A DNA stretch of 64,000 nucleotides from Eledone cirrhosa (GCA_964016885.1 OZ024748.1:12276001-12340000), one strand, 5' to 3'. Shown: positions 13,620 through 28,927, counted from the first letter of the stretch. Numbers and translations are program-made. The notes: a model not told the origin generated them from the letters alone.

Positions 13620-14295
13620 TATATTCCTTATCTTATGTGATAGAGATTCCATGTCACACCGCAAAGAGTTGAGATGATGACGATGTGGTGGCGGCGGTGG
13701 TGGTGGTGCTGATGGTAGTGTTGGTGGGGTAGTGGTGACGGTGGTGGTGATGGTGGTGCTGGTGCTGCTGCTGGTGGTAGCAGTGGCGGCGGTAGCGGTG
13801 GTGCTGGTGGTGGTGGTAGTGGTGACGGTGGTGGTAGCGGTGGTGGTAGTGGTGTCGGCGGTGGTGGTGGTAGTGGTGGCGGTGTTTTTGGTGGTTTTGG
13901 TGTTGATGGTGGTGACGGTGCTGGTGGTGGTAGTGGTGGTGGTGGTAGTAGTAGAGAAGGAGTTACATAAGCGAAAGAAGGAGAGAGCGACTGAGATATA
14001 TATATATATAGCGATACATATATATATATATAAGTGTGTGTGTGTGTGTACGTGCGTGAAGAGAAGGAGAGAGAGAGAGAGGGAGAGAGGAGCGAGAAGG
14101 AAAGGGGTGAGAAATATATTCAGTTTATATAATCTTGGAACCAAAAACCAATTTTGATTGCAGCCAAGTAAGATTGAGACAAGAATCGTAACATTTTCTC
14201 TATTCCTTCCGATGGATTTCTCAGAGCAATATTGTAATATAGGCGAACATGTAGAGTTTTGAAATTAAAATAAGCTTGGCATATATATATATATG

Positions 14296-14369
<74 letters not shown>

Positions 14370-14762
14370 AGTTAATATAAATTAATATATGATAAACACA
14401 TAAGTGTTTGTATTGCATAAGTGTTTGTATTGCAATACAAACACTTATGTGTTTATCATATATTAATTTATATTAACTTGTATTTCTCGGCTCAGAAATG
14501 CTTCTTTCTTTGAGCTAATTAATTGTAAAGGACTGTTTGAGTTTATAACTCTGAATATAATATAATATATATATATTTATATTTATATATATATATATAT
14601 ATATACACACACCAGTGTATGACAAACAACCAACATGAGGTCGTACAAGTCATGTTTTAATTAATACCAGTTTTAAGAAACCCAAACCGCCATGTTTCCC
14701 TAGGCACAGTGTACCTAGGAGTATGTTACCCGATGCTTTTTCCCTCATTCTAAGAGGACATG

Positions 14763-15030
14763 TGTGAAGCCGCATGGCCTAAGAGTTAGGAGGTTGGACA
14801 TACGACTACAATGTCATCGCTTCGATTCCTGGACGAGGTGCTGTGTGGTGTTCTTGAGCAAAACAATTTATTTCACATCACTCCAGTCCACTCAACCAAG
14901 AGTGAGTGCCAGCAATAGCTGGTGAATTAATCCTGAGATAGACTGGCGTCCTGTCCAAGGGAGGTTTTGTACTCTTCGTTGCTTAAGGCCAAGGAAACCG
15001 GGAATAAACACCAAACTGATGAACCTTCGG
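14763..15030 (+). mobile_element. SINE family 2 variant
   Basis: GCCGCATGGCCTAAGAGTTAGG A-box, TTCGATTCC B-box, GTGTTCTTGAGCAAAAC core. Confidence 0.7.
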
Positions 15031-15375
15031 CACACAGTGAATACCAGCAGTAGCTGGGCAGTTAATCCTGCGATAGACCGGCCTGCTATCCAGGGGAAGT
15101 CTTGTACACTCAGTCACTTAATCCCATTGAAAGCGTGAATAATCACCGGCCTGTTGAGTCTTCGGCTTAGAACAGACTTTTATTTATTTATAAGACACAA
15201 CGAGCCGAGGGATTTGACTGCTATTTCTAGTATGTTGAAAGAACACTCAGTTGGCGCCGAACTGTTGAAAGATTTAATATCCTGGTGGTGATAACTAAAA
15301 ATATGAATAACTCTTTGATATATTGGCAGCAGCATACCACCGGATATCTTATGTGTTTCGTTGATGTGCAGTCTG

Positions 15376-15542
<167 letters not shown>

Positions 15543-15572
15543 TATACATATATATACATACATATATATACA

Positions 15573-15688
<116 letters not shown>

Positions 15689-15723
15689 CATACATACATA
15701 CATATATATATATATACATATAT

Positions 15724-15821
<98 letters not shown>

Positions 15822-16241
15822 CAATATATGCATATACACAACAACAAAAAAATATAAATATAAATATAAATATAAATATAAATATATATATACACACATA
15901 TATGAATATATATATAATGTATGCACGCACACACATACATAGACACTTATACACACACATACTAACAACAGCGCCAAAAAACCAAAACAACAAGCAAACA
16001 TTACGCCCCCCTCCCCCACCAGTCTATGGCAGCTGTCGGACATTTTCAATTACATGAACGCTATTATGCATAGCGTTTAACCTTGCTTCCGTTCCTGTAC
16101 CTATATATAAATGTATCCGAGTGTGTATATGTAGATATATATGTCTGTATATACACACACAGATATATATACATACAGATATATATGAATATATATATGA
16201 ATATATATATGTATATATATATGTATATATATGTATGTATC

Positions 16242-16281
<40 letters not shown>

Positions 16282-16337
16282 TAAATAAATATATATATGT
16301 ATATATGTATATAAATATATATATATATATGAATATA

Positions 16338-16415
<78 letters not shown>

Positions 16416-16431
16416 TATATATATGAATATA

Positions 16432-16472
<41 letters not shown>

Positions 16473-16519
16473 AAGGCATGTATTGAGTTAGAATATATGT
16501 GTATATATATATCAAAGAA

Positions 16520-16556
<37 letters not shown>

Positions 16557-16605
16557 AAGGCATGTATTTAGTTAGAATATATGTATATATATATATATCA
16601 AAGAA

Positions 16606-16636
<31 letters not shown>

Positions 16637-16654
16637 CAAAGGCATGTATTGAGT

Positions 16655-16790
<136 letters not shown>

Positions 16791-17314
16791 GAGAGAGGAG
16801 ATAGAGACATAAATACAAGAATACTTGTATTTTGATAATACATTAACTCAATTACAATCTGAAAAAATAAAAAAAATAAAAAAGTTATTTAACGAATCAA
16901 TAATGAATTAATTGAGCCAACAGCCAATAACACGCTAATTATGCATATCGGGTTTTCCGTATTAGTGAAGTTCCTAATCGTAGTGATTACACATACAATG
17001 TTTCCGTCGACAGACAACAGATGTCCGGACTGTTCTTGATATAGTGTTTGAAATAAAACTGATAGACGAATCCATTTGTTTTTCTATCCACATAGAGGAT
17101 ACGTAGGATCTAGCCCCTTAACATAGGCATTCTTGGTTACTACTACTACTATTACTACTACTACTACCACTACTAATGCGTCATAGGAGCGCTGAAGTGG
17201 CATACGGTGTTCCTTGGGCATTTAAAGCCTGTTGGAGCCGGTCCCACTCCCGGTCTCAACTCAGCAGATTTCTTCTAGAGAAAGAGAGGAAGTGAGAAAG
17301 AGGTATAGAGGAAG

Positions 17315-17458
17315 AATCGACCCCAGTACTAGACTGGTACTTTTTTTTATCGACGTCGAAAGGATGAAAAGCAAAGCCAACTTCGGCGGGATTTGAACTC
17401 AGAACGTAGAGGGACGTATCTAAATGATGCAAAGCATGTGGTCCTACCTTCTAACAAT
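17315..17458 (-). mobile_element. SINE family 1
   Basis: Reverse-complement core, diverged. Confidence 0.75.
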
Positions 17459-17793
17459 TCAGTCAATTAAACACAAAAACATTTCTTAAAATAAAACTCA
17501 AATAAAGACTCGTAATGTAATTTTGTGAATTGGCAAATATTTCTTCATCAATAAACGATGACCACGACACTAACGAAAAAAAAAAAAAAAGAAAAAAAAA
17601 AAATATATATATAACGAAGGAAGTGTGGTAAGGAACCAGGTGGACCACAACGCACCAGAGTACGATACTTAGGGTAGTAGAGTGGATAATAGGAAAAGAG
17701 TCAGGACCCCGACGGCTGAGCTCCGGCCGTTTCGACAGCTAGATCTGAACGCAGATATACATTAATAGATATATATATAAATATAAATATTAA

Positions 17794-17855
<62 letters not shown>

Positions 17856-17946
17856 ATTAAAAAGTAACATTATTATAAATACATATAAAAAATGAGAAAA
17901 CTCATCGCTAGAAGAGCCGTTAAAACACCTAAATGCTTTCAAAGAT

Positions 17947-18124
17947 AATTGTTTCTACTTTAGGCACAAGGCCAGCAATTACCCAGTGCATTACTGGTAC
18001 TTTATTTTATCGACCCCGTAAGGATGAAAGGCAAAGTCAACCTCGGCGGGATTTGAACTCAGATCGTAAAGGGACGTAACTATGCTGGAAAGCATGGCGT
18101 CCGACCCTCCACCGATACTGCCAA
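17947..18124 (-). mobile_element. SINE family 1
   Basis: Near full-length reverse-complement copy. Confidence 0.85.
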
Positions 18125-19555
18125 TGGGCCAAATTGCCTCAGAAAACAGAAACCACCGACCAGTGGTCAACAGAATGACAACCCACAAGGTGGGTGACAG
18201 ACAGATGAAATATAGAAAAGATCGAAAAGGAGAACTATTGACCATTCATTGACTGCTGGTCTGTCCTCTAAGGTATTTTTGCCTATTGCTGGCTTTGACA
18301 GTATTTAGCTGTTCTAACGATGAATTTTCTCATTTTTATATATATTCAAATACTCTCCCGCTTCGTCTCGATCAGAGACGATATTGTCCTTTTTTTTCAT
18401 TTAACGTTACTATAAACAATGTTTTATAAAGGCTTTGTTATGAGAACTGGTAGCTCATGTAAATATTTCTACTTGCGTACAACAGATTTTATGAAAAATA
18501 AATTTCATTGTCGTAACATTTCCGTTCACGATATCTTAACGGTTTTCCTATTATATAAACAAAAATCTATTTTGTAGATGTGTGACGTCCGAACGAATAT
18601 CTTTCACCTCCAACTAATATTATCATCTGCCCCTGGGTCCCAGCCGACAGGATGGAGAATACATTTCCACGGAGGGCGGGGAGAGACGGGCTGGAACAGC
18701 CACACCACCTCGTGGGGCTCACACGTATGAGCAGCCAAACTCCGCTCTGATAGCAGTGAGCAGGAATGTGGTCTAGGAATCCGGGGGCCAAGAACGCCTG
18801 AAGTCTCCACTGCTACATGCTCCACCACAAAACTATCAGAGAGCGGCCGATATTTACTTGTCAACTGTTAATCTGTTATCTGTGTAGATTGGGAGCCGAC
18901 TATTATATGAGCTACAAGGAAAAAACCTAAATGTTTGGGCACCAAATAAGGGCTTGACTTTCGCATGGGATCTATTTTAAACATGATTTTACATATAATG
19001 GGATGATGCATAATTAATGACCGATTTTATCTTTAATTAATTTGATTAATCAACGCTGTTATTTTCATTTTTTTTTCTTCAGAATAATATCCCTTGAAAT
19101 CAACGACGATTGTGCTCCAGAATGGTCGTTTAAACATGTTTTGATCGTAGTTTGGTGTTGTATTGTAGAATAAATTTAGAATCAATCAAAACGGTCGTTA
19201 ATTTTGCATCAAGTTAATATATAAAGTAATTGTTTTCAGTATATTTTGTGTGTGTTTGTTTAGCAAACAGAGGTTAAGATTTGCTGTTAAAAGAAACTAT
19301 TTGGGGTTAAATAGCATTCTTTCTCTCTCGAATGTCAGAATAAGGGATTGAATTTAACTAGACTCCACTTTTGTTAAGGCTTTCTTACAGTTTACTCAGC
19401 CATTCCCTATCACAGAGAGAGTGGAGGCGATATTCCATGTATACACACACAGACACATAAACACGTCTGATGACCCTGTATGTAATAAGCAGTCGAAACT
19501 TCAGATTAATAAGACTGAATATTTAGCCTTAATAATATATATATATATATATGTA

Positions 19556-19623
<68 letters not shown>

Positions 19624-19625
<2 letters not shown>

Positions 19626-19812
19626 CGTGTGTCGGGTTTAATCGGGGGTAACCACTGTAAGTAAGGTAGTCAATACATAGCAGAGTATACATTTTTAATG
19701 TAGAAATGGCTTCTACAGGACTAGAACTATTTCATTCGAAGAAATCACCAGGGCTCACCTGATGATTTCCTTCGAATGAAATTTCGAGTCCTGTAGAAGC
19801 CATTTATATATA
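19624..19812 (-). mobile_element. Family D short element with palindrome
   Basis: Inverted arms ~19699-19810 around GAAATCACCAGG-GCTCA-CCTGATGATTTC. Confidence 0.7.
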
Positions 19813-20054
19813 AAATTATTATATATATGTATATACATGTATATAATAATTTTATATATATAGAAAAGAATGAAACGAAATTTTATTTCTCACTCTTAGT
19901 ACCTAAATATATCTAAATATACCTAAATATAAGTATTTATACGTACATACATATATGTGTACAGACGTACAGTAGTATGTATATATATACATACATGCAT
20001 ACATATATATATGTACGTATGGGTTTACCGAACATTTATTATAATGTTCGATTT

Positions 20055-20101
<47 letters not shown>

Positions 20102-20112
20102 GTTATATATAT

Positions 20113-20175
<63 letters not shown>

Positions 20176-20183
20176 CATATATA

Positions 20184-20217
<34 letters not shown>

Positions 20218-20218
20218 C

Positions 20219-20277
<59 letters not shown>

Positions 20278-20315
20278 CATATATATTCATATATATATAT
20301 ATATATATATATTTA

Positions 20316-20361
<46 letters not shown>

Positions 20362-20382
20362 CATATATATATATACATATAC

Positions 20383-20413
<31 letters not shown>

Positions 20414-20414
20414 C

Positions 20415-20528
<114 letters not shown>

Positions 20529-20794
20529 CATTTATTATACAAATCACTTCTATAACATCTAATATAGAAATGACTTTTACAGGACTAGAACTGTTTCATT
20601 CAAGTAATATGGAAAATGCACTTTACTGGAGGTGTCGTACAAATGAAACAGTTCAAGTCCTATGGAGGTCATAGCTATAACACAATAAAGATGTCTATAC
20701 ACCACTAACGTATTGAGTACTTTTTTTAAACTGTCGTCAACTCCCAATGTACATCGGGAATCTGTATGTATGTCTGTGTATGTATTATACATAT

Positions 20795-20840
<46 letters not shown>

Positions 20841-20887
20841 CAAATGTATGCATATATATATATATAAACATACAAATGTATACACAA

Positions 20888-20952
<65 letters not shown>

Positions 20953-21576
20953 GTGTATATAATATATATGCTATATCTAAACTATAATAAATGGAGGAGC
21001 GTGGGACTGCGTACGATTTATAATTTTTTATCCCATTAATAACATAAGTTGGATTACTTTGAATAAATAATGAATGAATATTACATAATTTATCTACTAA
21101 ATTTCATGGCTATTTATTTTGTTTATTTAAAAATTCACTTCTTTAAAATTTCTGAAATGTCAACACTTCCGGTTGGCGATTGTTTAAATAAACAGACTAA
21201 TTTTCTCCTAATGCAGTTTATATATAATATCGTCTTTTATTTAATGTATCATGGATTACTTTACTGATTAAATAAGACAGTGTAACGTAGTCTTCGCTCA
21301 ATTTCTAAGTATTATATATTATCAATTACGATTTTATTTGATGTATCATATCTACATGTATATACACTTGCGTATAATATCAATATACACACTACACCGA
21401 GGGTTGTTTTTCTGCTTGTATATATGTTTCATATATATATTATGTATATTAAGGACATTATATATTCATATGTATATTATATAATATATTTATTATGTAC
21501 TATATATTATATATATATATATTATGTATTTATTTTATAATATATATATATATGATATATATATATACTATATATT

Positions 21577-21684
<108 letters not shown>

Positions 21685-21729
21685 CACATATTCACATACA
21701 TTTATATATTCATAGACAGAAGTGTAATT

Positions 21730-21767
<38 letters not shown>

Positions 21768-22296
21768 ACGCACACATAGATACACAGACATCCACAAACA
21801 TTACCACACAGAGACGGACAGAGAGAGATAAGAGGGAAAGGGTGTGTGTATGTCTAGGACGGGGGTGGGGGAAGCTCTCGGAGTGTTATTATTTAGTGTT
21901 AAATCTACAATGTTTCGTCTCGGGGGAGTCTTTTGATTATTTAACAAACATCATGGAAGACAAACCAATATTTTAAACAGCTGTGCAGTGTAATAGTAAG
22001 ACCCTAGTCCCCTTCCAGGGCTATTTTACACCGATAAAGCGATAGGGTTCCCTCACCATGACAACTTAAACTTCAATTGTCTCATACATAGTCACCTTCT
22101 ACTTCTTCTTCTTCTTTGCCCCCCCCCCCCCATGTACACATCATTCTCTCTATCTATCTGTTCTTTTTTTTCATTTATTTATTTAACCATTTTACCCCTT
22201 AATTCATCTTTTCATTTTCTATACCTGACGTGTTTATATATATATATATATATATATGTATATCACATTTGCAACAACACAGCAGGCCATTTTTCA

Positions 22297-22335
<39 letters not shown>

Positions 22336-22414
22336 CGTTGTATAAAATACGCACTGACACAGATATTTGTAGATTTTTACACACGTACACACACACACAA
22401 ACATATATACATAC

Positions 22415-22446
<32 letters not shown>

Positions 22447-22449
22447 CAT

Positions 22450-22483
<34 letters not shown>

Positions 22484-22685
22484 GCATGTATGAATATTCT
22501 CTCATGTGAATTTTGCCTAATTATATATATATATATATATATATACGTCAATACTCATTTTTTTTCCATTTATCTGAGAGTTCTAAACCCCATTATCAGG
22601 CTAAAATTCCCTTAGTCAAAAATACGGTGAAAGCTATTCTATTTTCTAATTTCAAACTTGCTCACTGTTTCAAAACATACTTACT

Positions 22686-22758
<73 letters not shown>

Positions 22759-23164
22759 TATTTGAAACTATATTTGGAAGAAAAAAAGTTACTTAAAAAA
22801 AAGAGAGTTACTTAAAGAGAAATTGCGATTGAAAAGATTTAAGCTCAATATATTTTTTTAACACAGGACATATAACACAAATTAGTTGACAGACTTACAT
22901 AGCAAGAAATTATTTCTATCATCTTAATTTATTATACATATATTCATATAAATATGTGTGTGTATATATTCGTATACATATGTGTGTGAGTGTATATATT
23001 CATATAAATGTGTGTGTGTATATATATATTTATATAAATGTGTGTGGGTGTGTATATATATATATATGAATATGCATCTACGTATGAAATTTATATACAT
23101 ATATATATGCGTTAGGTTTTATACTTATACACGCATATAAATATCTACATATATATATTTATAC

Positions 23165-23241
<77 letters not shown>

Positions 23242-23374
23242 TGTCACTAGTCATACGGCCAGTTGGACTACTATTTAACTTGGTATTCAATCCTTTAATG
23301 AATAAAATGCAGGTAATTTTCTTTAAATATAGATATTCGGGTCAAGTTTAAATTTGAAGAAAATAAATCTCTCG

Positions 23375-23431
<57 letters not shown>

Positions 23432-23676
23432 CATAGCAAGAAATTATTTCTGTCATCTTAATTTATTATACATATATTCATAATTTTATGTGTGTTTATA
23501 TATTCATATACATATGTGTGTGAGTGTATATATTCATATAAATGTGTGTGTGTATATATTTATATAAATGTGTGTGGGTATGTATATATATATATATAAG
23601 TATGCGCATATATATATATGTGTGTGTGTGTGTATACACACACACAAACACACATATATATATATATATATACATG

Positions 23677-23707
<31 letters not shown>

Positions 23708-23732
23708 CATCATCATCATCGTTTAACGTTTA

Positions 23733-23763
<31 letters not shown>

Positions 23764-23795
23764 ATAAATGTAATCTGAGTTTTTCGAATATTAAT

Positions 23796-23976
23796 AATAG
23801 TTTCTACTTTTGGCACAAGGCCAGCAAATTAACCAGTACATTACTGGTACTTTATTTTATCGACCCCGTAAGGATGAAAGGCAAAGTTAACCACGGTGGG
23901 ATTTGAACTCAGAATGGCAAGGGCCGTAACTCTATGCGTCAAAGCATGGCGTCCGACCCTCTACCGATACTGCCAA
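23796..23976 (-). mobile_element. SINE family 1
   Basis: Near full-length reverse-complement copy. Confidence 0.85.
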
Positions 23977-24070
23977 TTAATAATAACATTCGATTCGTTT
24001 GCAATTATGCAAAATATTCGAAAACCTCAGATTACATTTATTGTAGACCGAAATTTATATATAAATATAC

Positions 24071-24129
<59 letters not shown>

Positions 24130-24151
24130 CGTATGTATATATATATATACG

Positions 24152-24189
<38 letters not shown>

Positions 24190-24320
24190 TGTAATGGAGT
24201 CACGATAAAAAGCACCCTGTCCACCCTGTACAAGGAAGGGCATCTAACCGTAGAAACTAAGTCAGAAACCCATGCTAGCGTGTTCAAATGTACGCTGAAG
24301 GATTATGATAATGTATAGAC

Positions 24321-24364
<44 letters not shown>

Positions 24365-24756
24365 CCTTTACGAGTACTTCGCCAGTTTTTCTCAACTGAT
24401 AAAATTAAGTACCAGTCATGCACTGGTGTTAAAGTAATCGACCGTATTCCTGTCCCCCCTCCCCCGTATTTCTGACATTCGCAAAATGCCAGAAAGAATG
24501 ATGTATATGTTAATATATTAGTATCATAATTATTTGTGTGATGAAGATATTTCAAATATATGTGTGTATATATATATATATATAAATGTAAGTATGTATG
24601 TATACGTACATACATATATGTATACAGACGTACAGTAGTATGTATATATATATATACATACATGCACACATATATATGTACGTATGGGTTTACCGAACAT
24701 TTATTATAATGTTCGGTTTGTATATAAATATATATATATATATAAATATTTATATA

Positions 24757-24827
<71 letters not shown>

Positions 24828-24907
24828 ATAATAATAAATTTGAAGACTAAAATCCAAAGAGGGCTCGATAAGGATAAATATATATCAAATATATAAGAAC
24901 CGTAGAG

Positions 24908-24971
<64 letters not shown>

Positions 24972-25158
24972 TTATTATCAGTCATTTGTCGGTAACACAT
25001 TTCAAATATATATATATAATATATATGTAGAAGTTCTATTTAAATTGTTGGGATACAACAAGCAAATATTTTTATAACTGATATAAAGCACTCAACAAAT
25101 TATTGGAGTAAAAATACGATATATTAACAAATGGAAACTATATTTATAAAACCATATT

Positions 25159-25223
25159 TATTTCATTATACATATTTCAAGGACACCAAGTTAAATTATG
25201 GTGTGCTTTCATCAGATAAAATA
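25159..25223 (-). ncRNA. Minimal type I hammerhead ribozyme, family A
   Basis: TATTTTAT-CTGATGA-AAGCACACCATAATTTAACTTGGTGTCCTT-GAAAT-ATGT-ATA-ATGAAATA. Confidence 0.8.
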
Positions 25224-25343
25224 TAGATCAGTTTTATAAATAAATATTGACATACCCTTAAAGACTATCCGGGAACTTCCAACAGAAATGGTCGCATTCT
25301 TTAAGGGTATGTCAATATTTATTTATAAAACTGATCTATATTA

Positions 25344-25408
25344 TATTTTATCTGATGAAAGCACACCATAATTTAACTTGGTGTCCTTGAAATATGTATC
25401 ATGAAATA
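25344..25408 (+). ncRNA. Minimal type I hammerhead ribozyme, family A
   Basis: TATTTTAT-CTGATGA-same stem II-GAAAT-ATGT-ATC-ATGAAATA; right arm of inverted repeat 25114-25453. Confidence 0.8.
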
Positions 25409-25450
25409 AATATGGTTTTATAAATATAGTTTCCATTTGTTAATATATCG

Positions 25451-25532
<82 letters not shown>

Positions 25533-25737
25533 GACATATATGTGTGGGTGTGCTGTGCGTGATTTATGTGATGTTTTGTGTATAAGACCGCATCTGTCAT
25601 GTTGGCCAAAATTCAGAAGGGTGATATTGTAAAAATTCATTGATGCGTACACACACGTTCATAAACACACACACATCCCTGTACACGTACACACACCTGT
25701 TAAAACGATTACATATATCCATACTCACATATACAGG

Positions 25738-25822
<85 letters not shown>

Positions 25823-25878
25823 GTTTATATATATATATATATACACATATACATATTTACATATGTGTATATATGGTG

Positions 25879-25918
<40 letters not shown>

Positions 25919-26002
25919 GTTAAATCTTAGACGGGAACATAAACAGAGTCAGTACAAATATGAGTTTATTAGGTTCACGCTTTTGAGAGTGGGGGGGGGG
26001 GG

Positions 26003-26035
26003 CGACGTTTCGGACATAAGTCCATCATCAGGAGA
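26003..26035 (-). ncRNA. Hammerhead core, stem I lost
   Basis: CTGATGA-T-GGAC-TTAT-GTCC-GAAAC-GTC; related degenerate copy on + at 50591-50620 (CTGATGA-A-GGAC-TAGT-GTCC-AAAAC). Confidence 0.5.
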
Positions 26036-26089
26036 AAAGTGGGTAGGAAGTGAGTTCCGAGGGTGTGTGGGGGAGTGGAGGAAAGACAT

Positions 26090-26131
<42 letters not shown>

Positions 26132-26204
26132 AATATTAAAACAATGAAATTAAACAAAAAACGGTTAATTCATAGTAAAACCCTACCATTGATTGGTAGA
26201 TTTA

Positions 26205-26267
<63 letters not shown>

Positions 26268-26623
26268 TTATATATATATATATCTTATTAAGGCTAAAAA
26301 GTGGGTCTTGTTACTCTGGAGTTTCGCCTGTTTATCACAGGATCATGATAAACAGGCAAAATTCCAAAATAACAAGATTTACTATTTCGCCTTAATAAAA
26401 CGAATATTAAAATTCCACTTCACTATGGAATAACCTTTTCTCTCAGCCGTCAACCACACACGGACATACATACATATATGTGCATATACATATGTATATA
26501 TATATATATATATATATAGTAAGAATATTTTCGAAATATTTATATATATATATATGTATATGTATATACCTATACATACATAAATTCGTATAAGCGCCCG
26601 AAGAAAGGTCGCTAATTTGTATT

Positions 26624-26665
26624 CTGAAGATATGTGGTCAAATGTAGACCTTGAAACCTTAGGTA
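26624..26665 (+). ncRNA. Hammerhead-like core, weak
   Basis: CTGAAGA..GGTC-AAATGTA-GACC..GAAACC-TTA-GGTA; stem I poor. Confidence 0.35.
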
Positions 26666-26697
26666 GCGGCTTTCTTCTATGTTTGAGCATAAATAAA

Positions 26698-26916
26698 TAA
26701 TTGTTTCTACTTTTTGGCACAAGGCCTTACTGGTACTTTATTTTATCGACCCCGTAAGGATGAAAGGCAAGGCACAAGGCCTTACTGGTACTTTATTTTA
26801 TCGACCCCGTAAGGATGAAAGGCAAAGTTAAACTCGGCGGGATTCGAACTCAGAATGGCAAGGGCCGTAACTTTATGCGTCAAAGCAAGCGTCCGTCCCT
26901 CTACCGATACTGCCAA
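26698..26916 (-). mobile_element. SINE family 1 with ~55-bp internal tandem duplication
   Basis: GGCACAAGGCCTTACTGG...GAAAGGCAA present twice. Confidence 0.85.
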
Positions 26917-27223
26917 TAATATAATATTTCTGTGCTCATCCCGATTGACCTGTTTTCCTTTTCTCACGGATATTGCTACACACACACACACACACACACG
27001 CACAAATATATATTTATTTCTAACTAGAAAGATAGCTGTAACGAAGTTTCAGCTTGACCGTTTCATCTGCCAGATGAAGTGACCAAGCTGAAATTTCCAA
27101 GTCACTGCCTTTTTTCTAAATTCTACCTAACAGCATTAACTCTTATCCTGGCATTGTTTCAATATTTCAACTGCTACGGTATTTCAAATATATATATTTC
27201 AATATATATTTATACATATATAT

Positions 27224-27288
<65 letters not shown>

Positions 27289-27329
27289 ATCAAAAGATGG
27301 TTAAAGGAGTTCCATGTATTTTATCCTCC

Positions 27330-27396
<67 letters not shown>

Positions 27397-27478
27397 AACG
27401 ATCGACTTTCGTCAAATCGGACCGAGGGAACATGTTTCCGTTGGTCTTTCCAATTGCTAATACTATATATCGGTCGCA

Positions 27479-27726
<248 letters not shown>

Positions 27727-27851
27727 GAGGTTATATTTAATTTGTTGGGATTCAACATGCTTAAAAATTAAAAATGTTTCATAACTGATATATAGCACTC
27801 AACAGTTTAGTGGAGTAAATACACAATATATTTTTTTATTATACATATTTC

Positions 27852-27964
<113 letters not shown>

Positions 27965-28333
27965 CAGCCAATACAATAATTAACTATCCTGTAAATTATA
28001 TTCGTAATCAATTGTAATCCATTTTAGTCATAATTACATAGTCCTCTCTGTTCTTCAGTTCACTCCTATAAAACAAAATACTGTATTGTGTGGATTGCAA
28101 TTAGAGTCACAGATGGTGCACTTTGAATTCACAAACACCTAAGTACTGTCACACAGTATGTATAAATATACGCATGCATAAAAACTTGCATATATATATA
28201 TATATGTAGGAGGTGAGTTTTATTGTAGTACAATAAAGCAATGCAGATATCGGATAAGAAGCACTCTACAGTTTGTAGGACTGGAGTATACATAATATAT
28301 AAGAACAAAAGATGGTTAAAAGGGTTCCATGTA

Positions 28334-28400
28334 TTTTATTATGCGCATTTCAAAAACAAATATCATCATGCAATAATATTTGTGTTTTCATCAGATAAAA
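28334..28400 (-). ncRNA. Minimal type I hammerhead ribozyme, family A'
   Basis: TTTTAT-CTGATGA-AAACACAAATATTATTGCATGATGATATTTGTTTTT-GAAAT-GCGC-ATA-ATAAAA; all three stems form, palindromic loop III; left arm of inverted repeat 28295-28580. Confidence 0.85.
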
Positions 28401-28573
28401 CAGGAGGACATGATATGAAGGTTAAAAAACACTTGTGGATAGTTCAGTTTTAAATCAACATATGATGAAAACACAAATATTATTGCATGATGATATTTGT
28501 TTTTGAAATGCGCATAATAAAATACATGGAACGCATAATAAAATACATGGAACTCTTTTAACCATCTTTTGTT

Positions 28574-28611
<38 letters not shown>

Positions 28612-28695
28612 GATAGTACCTTAACTGTTCAAGTTTTCCTTGAAGTGTTAAGGTACTTTTCCTTGGTTATGTCAAAATTTATAAAACAAACTTTG

Positions 28696-28756
28696 TATTT
28701 TATCTGATGAAAGCGTACCAAAGTTTTGGTGCCCTCGAAATATATATAATAGAATA
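28696..28756 (+). ncRNA. Minimal type I hammerhead ribozyme, family A
   Basis: TATTTTAT-CTGATGA-AAGCGTACCAAAGTTTTGGTGCCCTC-GAAAT-ATAT-ATA-ATAGAATA; element spans ~28605-28893. Confidence 0.8.
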
Positions 28757-28892
28757 AATATGGTTTTATAAATATAATTTCCATTTATTTAATATCATTG
28801 AATATTACGCTCCAGATAACTTGTCGAGTGCTCTGAATCAGTTATAAACATTTATATTTGTTGAATTACCAACAAATTGAATATCCCCTTTA

Positions 28893-28927
<35 letters not shown>

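Noticed and set aside
14120-14180. Minus-strand peptide AAIKIGFWFQD resembling homeodomain helix 3 (QIKIWFQN)
   Set aside because: Two-residue insertion, no invariant Asn, no helices 1-2, no EH5 and no suitable acceptor context; a chance match, not engrailed exon 2
15010-15040. CTGATGA-ACCTTCGG as a hammerhead
   Set aside because: No GAAA or stem III; part of a SINE 3' end
19925-20057. Dispersed duplicates (with 24585-24720; also 22896-23060 with 23430-23600)
   Set aside because: Low-complexity local duplications with no functional signal
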